Source of the DNA: an uncultured Candidatus Saccharibacteria bacterium
GTDB taxonomy: Bacteria; Patescibacteriota; Minisyncoccia; Phycocordibacterales; UBA9973
Direction: 5' to 3'
Length of the DNA stretch: 64,000 bases
NCBI GenBank assembly: GCA_964496425.1
Contig: CAZBZO010000001.1
Span: 205,744-269,743, forward strand
Shown here: positions 1 to 8,881 of the stretch, piece after piece
Layout of the letters: each line of letters starts with the position of its first letter
How positions within the stretch are numbered: the first letter of the stretch is position 1
Made by a program: the position numbers and the translations under genes
Notes under the pieces: generated by a model
The model's input: the letters and a program-made list of their open reading frames with translations, nothing else
Told to the model about the DNA's origin: nothing
Databases searched by the model: none

Positions 1-356
1 ATAGGGATTGTAGGAAAATCCTCGTACGGCTGGCCCTTTATAGTGAGGTTAATTTTTTTAGTAATAATATTGAGATTAATTTCGCCTTCGAGAAAAACAG
101 TTGGGTCACCGAAAATATTAGAAATTGTATTAAGGAGGACGCTCCCTTCAACTGCAATAACCCCTTCTTTTTCAACCTTGGCAGGTATTTCAATCTCAAT
201 TCCAAGACTTAGGTTTGTGGAACGGAGTTTCAATGACCGACCGCTCGCAATAAGAAGAATAGAGCTCAGAATTGGAAGTGAGAGATTTTTATTTGCAATA
301 TAGTTTGTCTGAGTGATTGCTGTTTTTATTTTATCCAGTGAGCATTCTATTTTCAT
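1..356 (-). CDS. dnaN: DNA polymerase III beta clamp (5' part; runs off window edge)
   Basis: Hand translation from ATG at 356: MKIECSLDKIKTAITQTNYIANKNLSLPILSSILL...LRSTNLSLGIE...YEDFPTIP. This is a typical beta-clamp N-terminus directly downstream of dnaA. Not in the ORF track because it is truncated. Confidence 0.93.
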   Translation of the reverse strand, partial: MKIECSLDKIKTAITQTNYIANKNLSLPILSSILLIASGRSLKLRSTNLSLGIEIEIPAKVEKEGVIAVEGSVLLNTISNIFGDPTVFLEGEINLNIITKKINLTIKGQPYEDFPTIP

Positions 357-578
357 ATATAAATACTTATTACTATTATTAAGAGTGGGGAAACAGAGGA
401 AAGGGGTTTTTGTGTTGGTGTGTAAGGATTTTTTATAAAGAGAATTTTTTCTGAAATGTTGATAATATGTGAAATAAAAACCTTTTATTTATTTTTATTT
501 TTTTATTCACAAAATTTGCAATTTTAATCTCGGGTAATGCGTGTGTTATCCACGTATCTATACACAGGTTTTCCGGGG
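357..578. promoter_or_regulatory. oriC candidate, dnaA-dnaN spacer part (DnaA-box-like 9-mers plus AT-rich tract)
   Basis: TGTTGATAA 457-465, TTATTCACA 503-511, TTATCCACG 546-554 and CTATACACA 558-566 are near matches to TTATNCACA. A T/A-rich run at ~475-525 and the position between dnaA and dnaN agree. Confidence 0.75.
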
Positions 579-1931
579 CTATTTAAATAATACTCGCAAC
601 TGATCTATTTCTTGTACAAGGCTCGGATCGCGCTTAAGGTCGTTTTTAATTTTCAAACATGAATGAATAACTGTTGTGTGATCTTTACCGCCTAGTTTTT
701 GTCCAATGAGAGGATATGAAACATTAAAATCTTCTCGAAGAATATACATAACCATCTGACGAGCTTTCACTATCTCCTTCCGACGGGTCTTATCATAGAT
801 AGTGAGCTCTTCGATGTTGTAAAAATCTGCCACTACTTTTACAACATCTTTTACAGAGATATTTTTCTTTGGCTTAATATTGTTTTTGAGAAGTTTTTTC
901 ACCTCAGCAAGGCCTAAATGTTTGTTTTTTAGCTGGGTTTGGCACACTATGGCGTTTAAGCTTCCTTCGAGTTCTCGAATGTTTCCTTGGACAGAAGAGG
1001 CTACATACTCAATGATTTCAAGGGGAATATCAGCGCCGCTGCTTTTCGCTTTTACTTTCAATATAGCGAGCCGAGACTCATAGTCTGGCTCATTAATGTC
1101 GACGATCATACCCTGCGCAAATCGAGATAAGAGTCGTTCTTCGAGGCCAGGAATAAAATTTGGATGCTTATCTGAGGAAAAGATAATTTGATGGTTATTT
1201 TCGTAGAAAGTATTAAAAGTATGGAAGAGCTCTTCTTGAGTTTTTTCCATCTTCCCCACAAATTGGATATCGTCAATAATGAGTACATCGTATTTGCGAT
1301 ATTTTTCTTTAAATGAACTCGCTTTGTTTTGTTGAAGTGAAGACACTAAATCCGAAGCGAATTTTTCAAGTGTCATATAGTGAACTTTTTTCTCTGGGTA
1401 CTGCTTTTTGATAGTATTACCGATTCCTTGAATGAGGTGGGTTTTACCGAGCCCAGTACCACCATGAATGAAAAATGGGTTATATGACGTGCCAGGTTTT
1501 GCAATTATAGCGCCACCGGCTGCGTACGCCAATTCATTGAACGGGCCGACAATAAAGTTGTCGAAGGTGTATCGAGGGTTGAGATTGTCGTCTTTGTTTA
1601 TATAAAGATCTTGCAATGGGAGTTCTTTGTTGACGAGTGGTTTTGTTTCCTCGCTCGTATCAGCATGTTTCTGTTTGGCTTCATTGCGGGCAATAATGTA
1701 TTCCGCATTGCGGATATCTTCGTATGCACCACGCAGCACACGCAAAATAAGCTTATGGTATTTATTAAAAAGCCAATCCTTAACAAATTCATTTGGTACC
1801 CCGATGTACACCGTGCCAGCATCTTCCTTTAAAATAGAAGTATTCTTAAACCATGTACTGAAATTGGGTTTTGAAACTTCCGCTTCAATTTCTACTAGGC
1901 AGCTGTCCCAAATATTTTTTGTATCGATCAT
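579..1931 (-). CDS. dnaA: chromosomal replication initiator DnaA
   Basis: LNPRYTFDNF, Walker A GGTGLGKTHL, Walker B LIIDDIQF, QEELFHTFN, domain IV GGKDHTTVIH. Confidence 0.99.
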   Translation of the reverse strand: MIDTKNIWDSCLVEIEAEVSKPNFSTWFKNTSILKEDAGTVYIGVPNEFVKDWLFNKYHKLILRVLRGAYEDIRNAEYIIARNEAKQKHADTSEETKPLVNKELPLQDLYINKDDNLNPRYTFDNFIVGPFNELAYAAGGAIIAKPGTSYNPFFIHGGTGLGKTHLIQGIGNTIKKQYPEKKVHYMTLEKFASDLVSSLQQNKASSFKEKYRKYDVLIIDDIQFVGKMEKTQEELFHTFNTFYENNHQIIFSSDKHPNFIPGLEERLLSRFAQGMIVDINEPDYESRLAILKVKAKSSGADIPLEIIEYVASSVQGNIRELEGSLNAIVCQTQLKNKHLGLAEVKKLLKNNIKPKKNISVKDVVKVVADFYNIEELTIYDKTRRKEIVKARQMVMYILREDFNVSYPLIGQKLGGKDHTTVIHSCLKIKNDLKRDPSLVQEIDQLRVLFK

Positions 1932-1984
1932 GGCAGAGTACAGTATAGTATGGAAATCAAAAAGGTAAAGTTTTTTAGATCTTA

Positions 1985-2060
1985 ATTACTCTGTTGGTAA
2001 CCTGGGGATAAAGGTACATTTTATCACCACGAACGAGATTAAGAATTTTCCAACAGAAAG
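1985..2060. promoter_or_regulatory. DnaA-box-like cluster upstream of dnaA
   Basis: TGTTGGTAA 1992-2000, TGGGGATAA 2003-2011 and TTATCACCA 2021-2029 in the dnaA-rpmH spacer. Confidence 0.55.
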
Positions 2061-2229
2061 CCTCCTTTATTGTTAGGTTGTTGGTTGGTTGCTGATGATT
2101 CACACCCATAAGCCGTCTTCCATATATGCCACAGATAAGAATGTTGGTCCCTTTCTTTAAAAACTGGTTAATTTCGATTTTTTGATTGAAACACTTGCTC
2201 GTTTCCACTTTTTACCCTATACTGTCCCC

Positions 2230-2364
2230 ATGTCATTTACCTATAAGCCCAAAAAACGAAAGCGCAAAACAACCCACGGGTTTCTTGTTCGTACAAGTAC
2301 TAAAGCTGGGAAAAAAGTTATAACCCGCCGTCGTCAAAAAGGCCGAAAAAAGCTTACAGTATAA
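2230..2364 (+). CDS. rpmH: 50S ribosomal protein L34
   Basis: [21 protein letters not shown]...[12 protein letters not shown]; divergent from dnaA. Confidence 0.97.
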   Translation: MSFTYKPKKRKRKTTHGFLVRTSTKAGKKVITRRRQKGRKKLTV

Positions 2365-2376
2365 GGAGTTTTGGGT

Positions 2377-2709
2377 ATGCTTCCCAAAAAAGAGCGCTTC
2401 ACAAGGAAAAGTTTTAGCGAGCTTGTCTCCCATGCCGCTCGAGCAAGAGCCGAGCATATGAGCGTTACATACCGACAAACCACTGACCCACTGAAGAAGG
2501 TTTCTTTTGTCATTTCTAAAAAAGTTGTCAAAAGTGCAGTTGAGAGAAATACACTCCGACGTCGCGGCTACCATGCAGTTTCGAGTTTCGACCAAAAACT
2601 CCTTCGTGGCCTTAAAATAATTTTCTTTTTTAATAAAGGGGTGGAAACTCTTCCCTACGCTTTACTTAAGAAAGAAATACACACGCTTCTAAGCCAGGTA
2701 AAAAAATGA
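2377..2709 (+). CDS. rnpA: ribonuclease P protein component
   Basis: MLPKKERF..., SFVISKKVVKSAVERNTLRRR (RNR-type motif); follows rpmH. Confidence 0.95.
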   Translation: MLPKKERFTRKSFSELVSHAARARAEHMSVTYRQTTDPLKKVSFVISKKVVKSAVERNTLRRRGYHAVSSFDQKLLRGLKIIFFFNKGVETLPYALLKKEIHTLLSQVKK

Positions 2710-2942
2710 AGCACATTCTTATTTTTGCCATAAAACTATACCAAAAGACTCTCTCTCCTGATCATGGGTTTATAAAATTTCTTTTTCCTAACCTAAAGGT
2801 TTGTACCTTTTATCCCACATGTTCTGAGTATGGCATAGGAGCTATCGGCCGCTATGGAGCGAGAAGAGGGTCTTGGTTAACTTTTTTACGTCTCATGCGG
2901 TGCCATCCATGGCAGAATGAACATTTTGATCCTGTTCCATAG
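2706..2942 (+). CDS. yidD: membrane protein insertion efficiency factor YidD
   Basis: YQKTLSP...CTFYPTCSEY...RLMRCHPW...DPVP. Confidence 0.96.
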   Translation: MKHILIFAIKLYQKTLSPDHGFIKFLFPNLKVCTFYPTCSEYGIGAIGRYGARRGSWLTFLRLMRCHPWQNEHFDPVP

Positions 2943-3005
2943 TTTAGTCTCTACGATAAGAGCATTTTAGCTTGTTTTTAGGCCATTTTACGCTATACTC
3001 TAGCA

Positions 3006-3770
3006 ATGATTCATCTTCTTGTGTCTGCTTGGACCCTTGTTTTTTACCAGCCACTCTATAATGGGCTTATTTTTCTAGTTTCTGAAGTCCCCTTCCATGA
3101 CGTAGGCGTTGCGATCATTATCCTTACTATTATCGTTAAAATTATTCTGTTTCCAGTCACTCGGAAGTCTATTGTGGGCCAAATAAAGCTCAAAGGCCTA
3201 GAGGGAGAAATATCAAAAATCAAAGCAAGTGGCGCTTCAAAAGAAGAACAAGCTAAACAAACATTTGCGCTCTATAAAATCAATAAGGTTAATCCGTTTT
3301 CAAGTTGCCTCCTCATTCTCATCCAGCTTCCTATTTTGATTGCACTCTATTTAGTATTTTTCCATGGTTTTGCCAGTACTGAAGTGGCACTGTATTCATT
3401 CGTGCAGTATCCAGAAGTTATTCACTATAAATTCTTAGGTCTCTTTGATCTTGAAGCTAAAAATATTATTTTGGCGCTCTTGGCAGGTATTACTCAGTTT
3501 TTGCAAGTTCATTTCTCGCCAGTTATTCCTAAGAGTTCAGCTAAAAGCGAAGAAGGTGGGTTTAAGGCTGATATGGCACGGACAATGCAACTTCAAATGA
3601 AGTATCTTTTGCCACTTTTTATCATCTTTGCCTCGTATCGCCTCTCTGCCGCAGTGGCGCTCTATTGGACAGTCAATAATATCACTACAATCATCCAGGA
3701 GCTCCTTATCCGCCGCAGGATTGAACGAATGACAAAAGATGTTATAGTAGCTACTCCTACCTCAAAATAA
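3006..3770 (+). CDS. yidC: YidC/Oxa1 membrane protein insertase
   Basis: AIIILTIIVKIILFP, NPFSSCLLILIQLPILIALY, ALYWTVNN; synteny. Confidence 0.96.
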   Translation: MIHLLVSAWTLVFYQPLYNGLIFLVSEVPFHDVGVAIIILTIIVKIILFPVTRKSIVGQIKLKGLEGEISKIKASGASKEEQAKQTFALYKINKVNPFSSCLLILIQLPILIALYLVFFHGFASTEVALYSFVQYPEVIHYKFLGLFDLEAKNIILALLAGITQFLQVHFSPVIPKSSAKSEEGGFKADMARTMQLQMKYLLPLFIIFASYRLSAAVALYWTVNNITTIIQELLIRRRIERMTKDVIVATPTSK

Positions 3771-3800
3771 CGGGGTTTAGAGAAAGAAGCTTACACCACA

Positions 3801-4274
3801 ATGGATACCAACCGCATTCAAAAAAATATAGAAGAATTTCTTACTCTGGCGACATTCCCTCCAAAGGAAATAAGCCTCGAAGAGCATACGGAGACTAAAG
3901 ATCTCTGGGTCTCTACCATGATTGATAATGCAGGCCTTTTAGTCGGTCCTGGGAGTGAAGGATTTCTTGCCATCAATCACCTTATTAATAAAATGATTGA
4001 AAAAGAGACTGGCGAAGGCGAACTCGTCCGTGTAACGATTGATATCAACGGCTACCAGAAAAAGCGAGTAGAAAATATAAAAACCATCGCGCATATGATG
4101 GCTGAGCGTGCGCGATTTTTCAAATCAAGCGTCGAGCTTGATCCAATGAGTGCGTATGAACGCCGTATTGTGCATGAATTTCTTGCGAATACGAAAGATG
4201 TGCTGACTGAATCGACAGGCGAAGGACGTGATCGAAGAGTCGTCATACGGTTTGCCGAACAAACGAGTATATAA
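3801..4274 (+). CDS. jag: Jag/KhpB-like RNA-binding protein (KH + R3H, short form)
   Basis: IDINGYQKKR, LDPMSAYERRIVHEFL, TESTGEGRDRRVVI; follows yidC. Confidence 0.88.
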   Translation: MDTNRIQKNIEEFLTLATFPPKEISLEEHTETKDLWVSTMIDNAGLLVGPGSEGFLAINHLINKMIEKETGEGELVRVTIDINGYQKKRVENIKTIAHMMAERARFFKSSVELDPMSAYERRIVHEFLANTKDVLTESTGEGRDRRVVIRFAEQTSI

Positions 4275-4297
4275 CACTCCAATTTTCTGCGCGTACT

Positions 4298-5650
4298 CTA
4301 TAATCCGAGATCGTATCTCCACAGTGTGGAGTCTTTTTTATTTGTGAAGATAAGGTAGCGTCCTGTGGTGTCTATGAAAGGATCGACGACGTCAAGATCG
4401 TGTCCAAGGGCTGCGAGAGGATTGATTAAGATGTTACTGGCACGTGAAGCGATATCGATTTTCCAAATCGAATCAGTGAAACTTACGACACCTTTGTACC
4501 AAATGTCGGGGTAGAGTCCAGCGGGGGTATTTTCTGGTACTCCGCAATACACAACTGTCCCCGTAGTGTTCCAGGTACATTTTTCAGGCAACGTACTGAG
4601 TCCGAGGGTCGTCGAAGATTGATTTTTTACATCGTAGAGAGCCAATTGGTTGCTCGTTTGTTTACTCACGCCATAGAGGAAGAGAGAGCCTCCTGGATTG
4701 AAATTGGTAGTAAGCCCGGAAATTGGTCCGATGATTTTTGTGAAAAGGCCACTTAGGGGATCTACAGAATACGTATACCCTGATGCCAGGCCGGAAGCTT
4801 TTGTTGTGGCTGAAAGTATGTTTTGCGCAGGCCATGACATCAGCCATTCTGAAAATGGAGACATGAAAACTTGTTTTTTGCCACTACCGTCGACGTTGGC
4901 CATAGTACCGACAACACCTCCTTCAGTTTTTAAATTGTAAAAGATTTTTGTGCCGTCTGGAGATACGACAAGGTCTAAAATGTTTTGCGGCAGAAACGTG
5001 CCCGTGAGCTCTTTTAAGGTACTGACACCACTACTATCCGCGCTCGTAATCGCTCCCGAGAGCACGCCAGCATAGGTTTCAATTGTCTGATTGTCTTCTT
5101 TAGCGTAGCGCAAAATCACGCTGTTGCCACCTGCGCCAAAGAAAGCTTCTTCAATGCGAGGAATAGTTGTATTTGAAACACGTGATTCAACTGCTGTGTC
5201 GAGGAAGCTTTCGTAAATATGGCCTGTCCCCCGCTCCACAAAGCGCGCCGAGGCGACCTCTTCTGTTCCAGTTGATACTGGCATTGTGGGCGTTTCTTCT
5301 GTGGTAAAAGTTTCAAGTTCGCTATCAAATACCGGCAACATGATATTTCTGGTTGCAAGCAATGATGTTGCTCCGGCAATTGAACGAGCTGTTATCTGTA
5401 AAAGCCGTGGGCGAAGTTGGGTGTCGGGATCTTGCAATATGGTATCATCCGGCGGAGGTGTAGTGCCGTCAGGGGTCGTGCCACTTGGGAAAGTGTTAGA
5501 ACCTAAGAATGGGAAAAATTCAGCGAGTGTTGGAGCTGGCCGACCTTCAAGGGCGGCTTTTTTTTTGGCGGCGTAGAACAAATATCCCACTGCTCCCACA
5601 ATGAGGAGAATGACGAGGACGATAATAATGATGTAGGAGCGGCGTGACAT
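4298..5650 (-). CDS. membrane-anchored protein, probable beta-propeller
   Basis: N-terminal TM helix, Pro/Thr linker, repeated strand motifs (VVSPDGTKIFY, FNPGGSLFLY, WNTTGTVVYC); last gene of the T4SS-like run. Confidence 0.6.
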   Translation of the reverse strand: MSRRSYIIIIVLVILLIVGAVGYLFYAAKKKAALEGRPAPTLAEFFPFLGSNTFPSGTTPDGTTPPPDDTILQDPDTQLRPRLLQITARSIAGATSLLATRNIMLPVFDSELETFTTEETPTMPVSTGTEEVASARFVERGTGHIYESFLDTAVESRVSNTTIPRIEEAFFGAGGNSVILRYAKEDNQTIETYAGVLSGAITSADSSGVSTLKELTGTFLPQNILDLVVSPDGTKIFYNLKTEGGVVGTMANVDGSGKKQVFMSPFSEWLMSWPAQNILSATTKASGLASGYTYSVDPLSGLFTKIIGPISGLTTNFNPGGSLFLYGVSKQTSNQLALYDVKNQSSTTLGLSTLPEKCTWNTTGTVVYCGVPENTPAGLYPDIWYKGVVSFTDSIWKIDIASRASNILINPLAALGHDLDVVDPFIDTTGRYLIFTNKKDSTLWRYDLGL

Positions 5651-5652
5651 AT

Positions 5653-7845
5653 TTATGGGGTAGTAAACGATGGCCAGGTGCCGTTTATAAAGTCTCCATC
5701 ATGTTTTATTTTTACTGTGTATTTTGTTTTTGATTTCAGCCCGGTAAAGATAGTATTAATATTGCCACTTGCATCAAGAAAGAGATTTGCTGCTTTCGCT
5801 AATTGCTCGCCTTCATATACTCCTGTGTAAAGGTGATCGCTTTTATAAAGGGTGCTGGAAACTGTAATTTTTACTGCAGAGGTTGTGATGTCAGACAGGG
5901 TAACAGTAATACCCTCGGATGTTCCAGATAATGAAGTTGAACTTCCTGATGATGAAGAACTTGGAACTGTGAATGATTTGGTTCCTAAAATTTGTTCTTG
6001 ACTCGAAGTTGAGGCTTTATAAACAATTTCGACTTTATATGTTCCCGCAGTTAGTGGTGTGAGGGGAACGGAATATACACCTAAAGTATTCGGTGTTAAT
6101 GGCGATATGATTCCGGTGGCCAGTGGAGGGATTGGTAATTTTTGTAATTTATATCCTACTCCCACACCATTTTCATATGTTCCAGTTAATGTGCCGCTTA
6201 AGGTAGCTGAAGTGGTGGTGATATTGGTAATATTTGGGGTCATAGAAGAAGTTCCACTTCCTCCACTGAGAATATTATTTGTCGAGTACGGGTTAGTAGA
6301 AGTTGTGGGATTACACCCCCAATTATTTGCAGTAAGTTTTTGTTGGTTGGTTTGTACTTTTGTCACATAATTCCTTGTCTCCGCATAGCCCTTATTAAGA
6401 GTGCATTGCCAGTATGTTTGTCCAGGGCAACTTGTACTTACTTTATTTGCTCCCGGTCCGCCATTATATGCAGCAATACGATATATAACGTTTGAAGTGG
6501 TGCATACTGTATTTGAACTTTTTCCACCACACGCAGTCGACACCAATTGCTTCATGTACTTTACGCCCGCATCAATATTGGTTGCTGGGTCTTTGATTTT
6601 AGATACGTCATACCCAAGACTCTTGAATGTTGGTTCAGTAAGCTGCATTAGTCCGTATGCATGCCCCGTTGTTTGTGAGCCGTCTTTATTTTTGATTACG
6701 AAATTACTTTGTGCATTTGGGTCACCAGCGGACTCAGCATACATATGAGCTTTAGCGAGCGTACAATCCACGCCGTATTTACTACATGATGATTTTAATA
6801 ATGCATCATACGTATCGATATTTGTGTTTACGTTTGCAGCTGCTGTCCCACCAGTAAATGTTCCTCCACCCGAAGTAAATTCGGTAGGATCTTCAATCGT
6901 TATTACTTGTTCTGCAATAGTTGTATCGAAATTCACCAACTGCGGGTTGATTGTGTTTAATATAATATAAGCACCAAGGGCGATGATGAGGCCGAAGATG
7001 GAGTGCGAGATTTTTTCTTTCGCACCTTCTTTGCCGGAGACCGCATCGGTCGACATGTACTGGATACCAGCAACGACGATCATAAAGACTGCCAGCACTC
7101 CACAAAGCGCGATGATGAAGCGAATAATGCCAAGCAAATAGCTTCCAATCCCACTTGTTATATCTACACGACCATTTCCGTCGCCAATGCCAGGGAGTGG
7201 AGCTAAAAGGCAGTATCCTCCCTCGCCTTCTTCACAAGCAGATTCGCTAGGGTCAGACGGGCTTTCACAGTTGGGATCACCAGACCCATCTTCTTTAAAG
7301 TCCACCTTTGTATCACTATCATTGTCTATATCGTCATCACAAGCAAAAATATTACTAAAATCATTTGCTGAAAGCGTATAATCCGCATTATCTTCCCCAG
7401 GTGTTATTAATGGTGGTATTATATGTGTCAGACCATCACCTACGCCGTATTTACTGCCATCACTACGCAAAAACTCAATGTCGAATTTCATTCCTGGTTG
7501 AAGATCTTCAAATGTTACACTAAATTTACTGCTTGGTTTTGATGTAGTTGTGGCGGGTACGGGATTTGGGGAACCTTTCGCTTGGCAGCATATTTTTTGG
7601 TTTGTTGTGCCACTTGATTGTATTTCTTGGGTAAGAAGATCGGCATTTATTGTTGTATTTGTTTTGAGATCGTATGCATTGAAGTACAGTGTGATTGCAT
7701 AAGTGTCCCCGGTTTGTGCGAATTCCCCACGAGGAGTAATCTCTTCAATATCAATTGCAAATGCTTGACTTGGGGTGGCAATAAAAATTCCACCACCGAT
7801 CAATACAGCAAGAAAAAAGAGCATTGTTTTTATAGTAATTCTCAT
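5653..7845 (-). CDS. secreted/membrane protein fusing a CPR pilin-like (VirB2/TrbC-type) hairpin, a lytic transglycosylase (SLT) and FN3/Ig-like domains
   Basis: Pilin-like segment IIRFIIALCGVLAVFMIVVAGIQYM...AKEKISHSIFGLIIALGAYIILNTINPQL. SLT motifs AESAGDPNAQS, AYGLMQL, NIDAGVKYM, AAYNGGPG, ETRNYVTKV. FN3-like ITTTSATLSG and TGLKSKTKYTVKI. Confidence 0.85.
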   Translation of the reverse strand: MRITIKTMLFFLAVLIGGGIFIATPSQAFAIDIEEITPRGEFAQTGDTYAITLYFNAYDLKTNTTINADLLTQEIQSSGTTNQKICCQAKGSPNPVPATTTSKPSSKFSVTFEDLQPGMKFDIEFLRSDGSKYGVGDGLTHIIPPLITPGEDNADYTLSANDFSNIFACDDDIDNDSDTKVDFKEDGSGDPNCESPSDPSESACEEGEGGYCLLAPLPGIGDGNGRVDITSGIGSYLLGIIRFIIALCGVLAVFMIVVAGIQYMSTDAVSGKEGAKEKISHSIFGLIIALGAYIILNTINPQLVNFDTTIAEQVITIEDPTEFTSGGGTFTGGTAAANVNTNIDTYDALLKSSCSKYGVDCTLAKAHMYAESAGDPNAQSNFVIKNKDGSQTTGHAYGLMQLTEPTFKSLGYDVSKIKDPATNIDAGVKYMKQLVSTACGGKSSNTVCTTSNVIYRIAAYNGGPGANKVSTSCPGQTYWQCTLNKGYAETRNYVTKVQTNQQKLTANNWGCNPTTSTNPYSTNNILSGGSGTSSMTPNITNITTTSATLSGTLTGTYENGVGVGYKLQKLPIPPLATGIISPLTPNTLGVYSVPLTPLTAGTYKVEIVYKASTSSQEQILGTKSFTVPSSSSSGSSTSLSGTSEGITVTLSDITTSAVKITVSSTLYKSDHLYTGVYEGEQLAKAANLFLDASGNINTIFTGLKSKTKYTVKIKHDGDFINGTWPSFTTP

Positions 7846-8828
7846 TATTTTGCGAGAGTTATCGTTATATTTACCCCGGCTTCTTGGAAAAGCTTTATGA
7901 CATTTTCAACACCGACTGATATTTTTGCCAGACCCTCATCTTCGGGCTTTTTGCGAAGTACGAGGAGGTTTTTTGTAGCCGGCGTCTCTATCTTTTGATC
8001 ATTGAGTACCCATGAGTATTTCAGCTGAGTATTGGTGGGATTTTTAGGAGAGAAGAAATACGGTGCGACCAGAACTCCTACTTCAGAACCGGAAAAAATG
8101 AAACCATTTCCTAGCGCACGATTATAGAGTGTACCTTCAGCGAGATTGTTTTGGTAGAGCACTATTTCAGGATTGGTCGGGACGATGGTTATTTGTCCTT
8201 CAGATGCAGATCCACCTGAGAGACTAGAAACTCCGGCACTGACTGTTTCCACTTGATGCAAATAGCTTGATCGAAAGGTGTAAGATTGTTTGCCGTAGCC
8301 TGACTCTTCTTGGGCCGGATCGTAATTGTTTTCCCAGGTGTATACCAAATCTTCTGGCCGAGCTGTCGCGCCATTTATTCTCATATTTGGCATGGCAGTT
8401 ACTTTAATACTTGCTTCTTTAGCGGGAAGAGCTTTCCCGCGATAAAACGGTGGCACATATGAGTCCGGAGCTTCATAGAGTATATCTACTTCAGATGGCG
8501 CAAGCACAATCCGCTTTTCGATCACAGTCCCATCACGAAGATCAATGGTCGCTGATACTACGGTAGTAGTGCCGACTCCACCTGAAGTTACGCTAAACTC
8601 CGTCTTTCCAGTGCCAGAGAGCTTTACCGCCTCGTCGACGTACCAGGTAATCGTCGCCCGATTAAGATCAGTAGAAAATGAAGAGAGAGTAATTCGGACG
8701 TTTTCAAGCGGTCCAGGAATAGCCGGAGATGTCGCGACTGAAATGTCACTTCCGACGATTTGCGCATGCGCGCTTGTCGCAAAGCTTAATAGACAAGCTA
8801 CTATAAATAACAATACAAACTTCTTCAT
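7845..8828 (-). CDS. secreted Ig-like beta-sandwich repeat protein
   Basis: Signal peptide (ATSAHA/Q); three units with (Y/I)xW motifs: ITWYVD, LVYTWE, LKYSWVLN. Confidence 0.6.
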   Translation of the reverse strand: MKKFVLLFIVACLLSFATSAHAQIVGSDISVATSPAIPGPLENVRITLSSFSTDLNRATITWYVDEAVKLSGTGKTEFSVTSGGVGTTTVVSATIDLRDGTVIEKRIVLAPSEVDILYEAPDSYVPPFYRGKALPAKEASIKVTAMPNMRINGATARPEDLVYTWENNYDPAQEESGYGKQSYTFRSSYLHQVETVSAGVSSLSGGSASEGQITIVPTNPEIVLYQNNLAEGTLYNRALGNGFIFSGSEVGVLVAPYFFSPKNPTNTQLKYSWVLNDQKIETPATKNLLVLRKKPEDEGLAKISVGVENVIKLFQEAGVNITITLAK

Positions 8829-8881
8829 GTGCTTATATTATATGCCATTCAAGAAGAATTAAGAAGTGAGAATTTTGCTTT

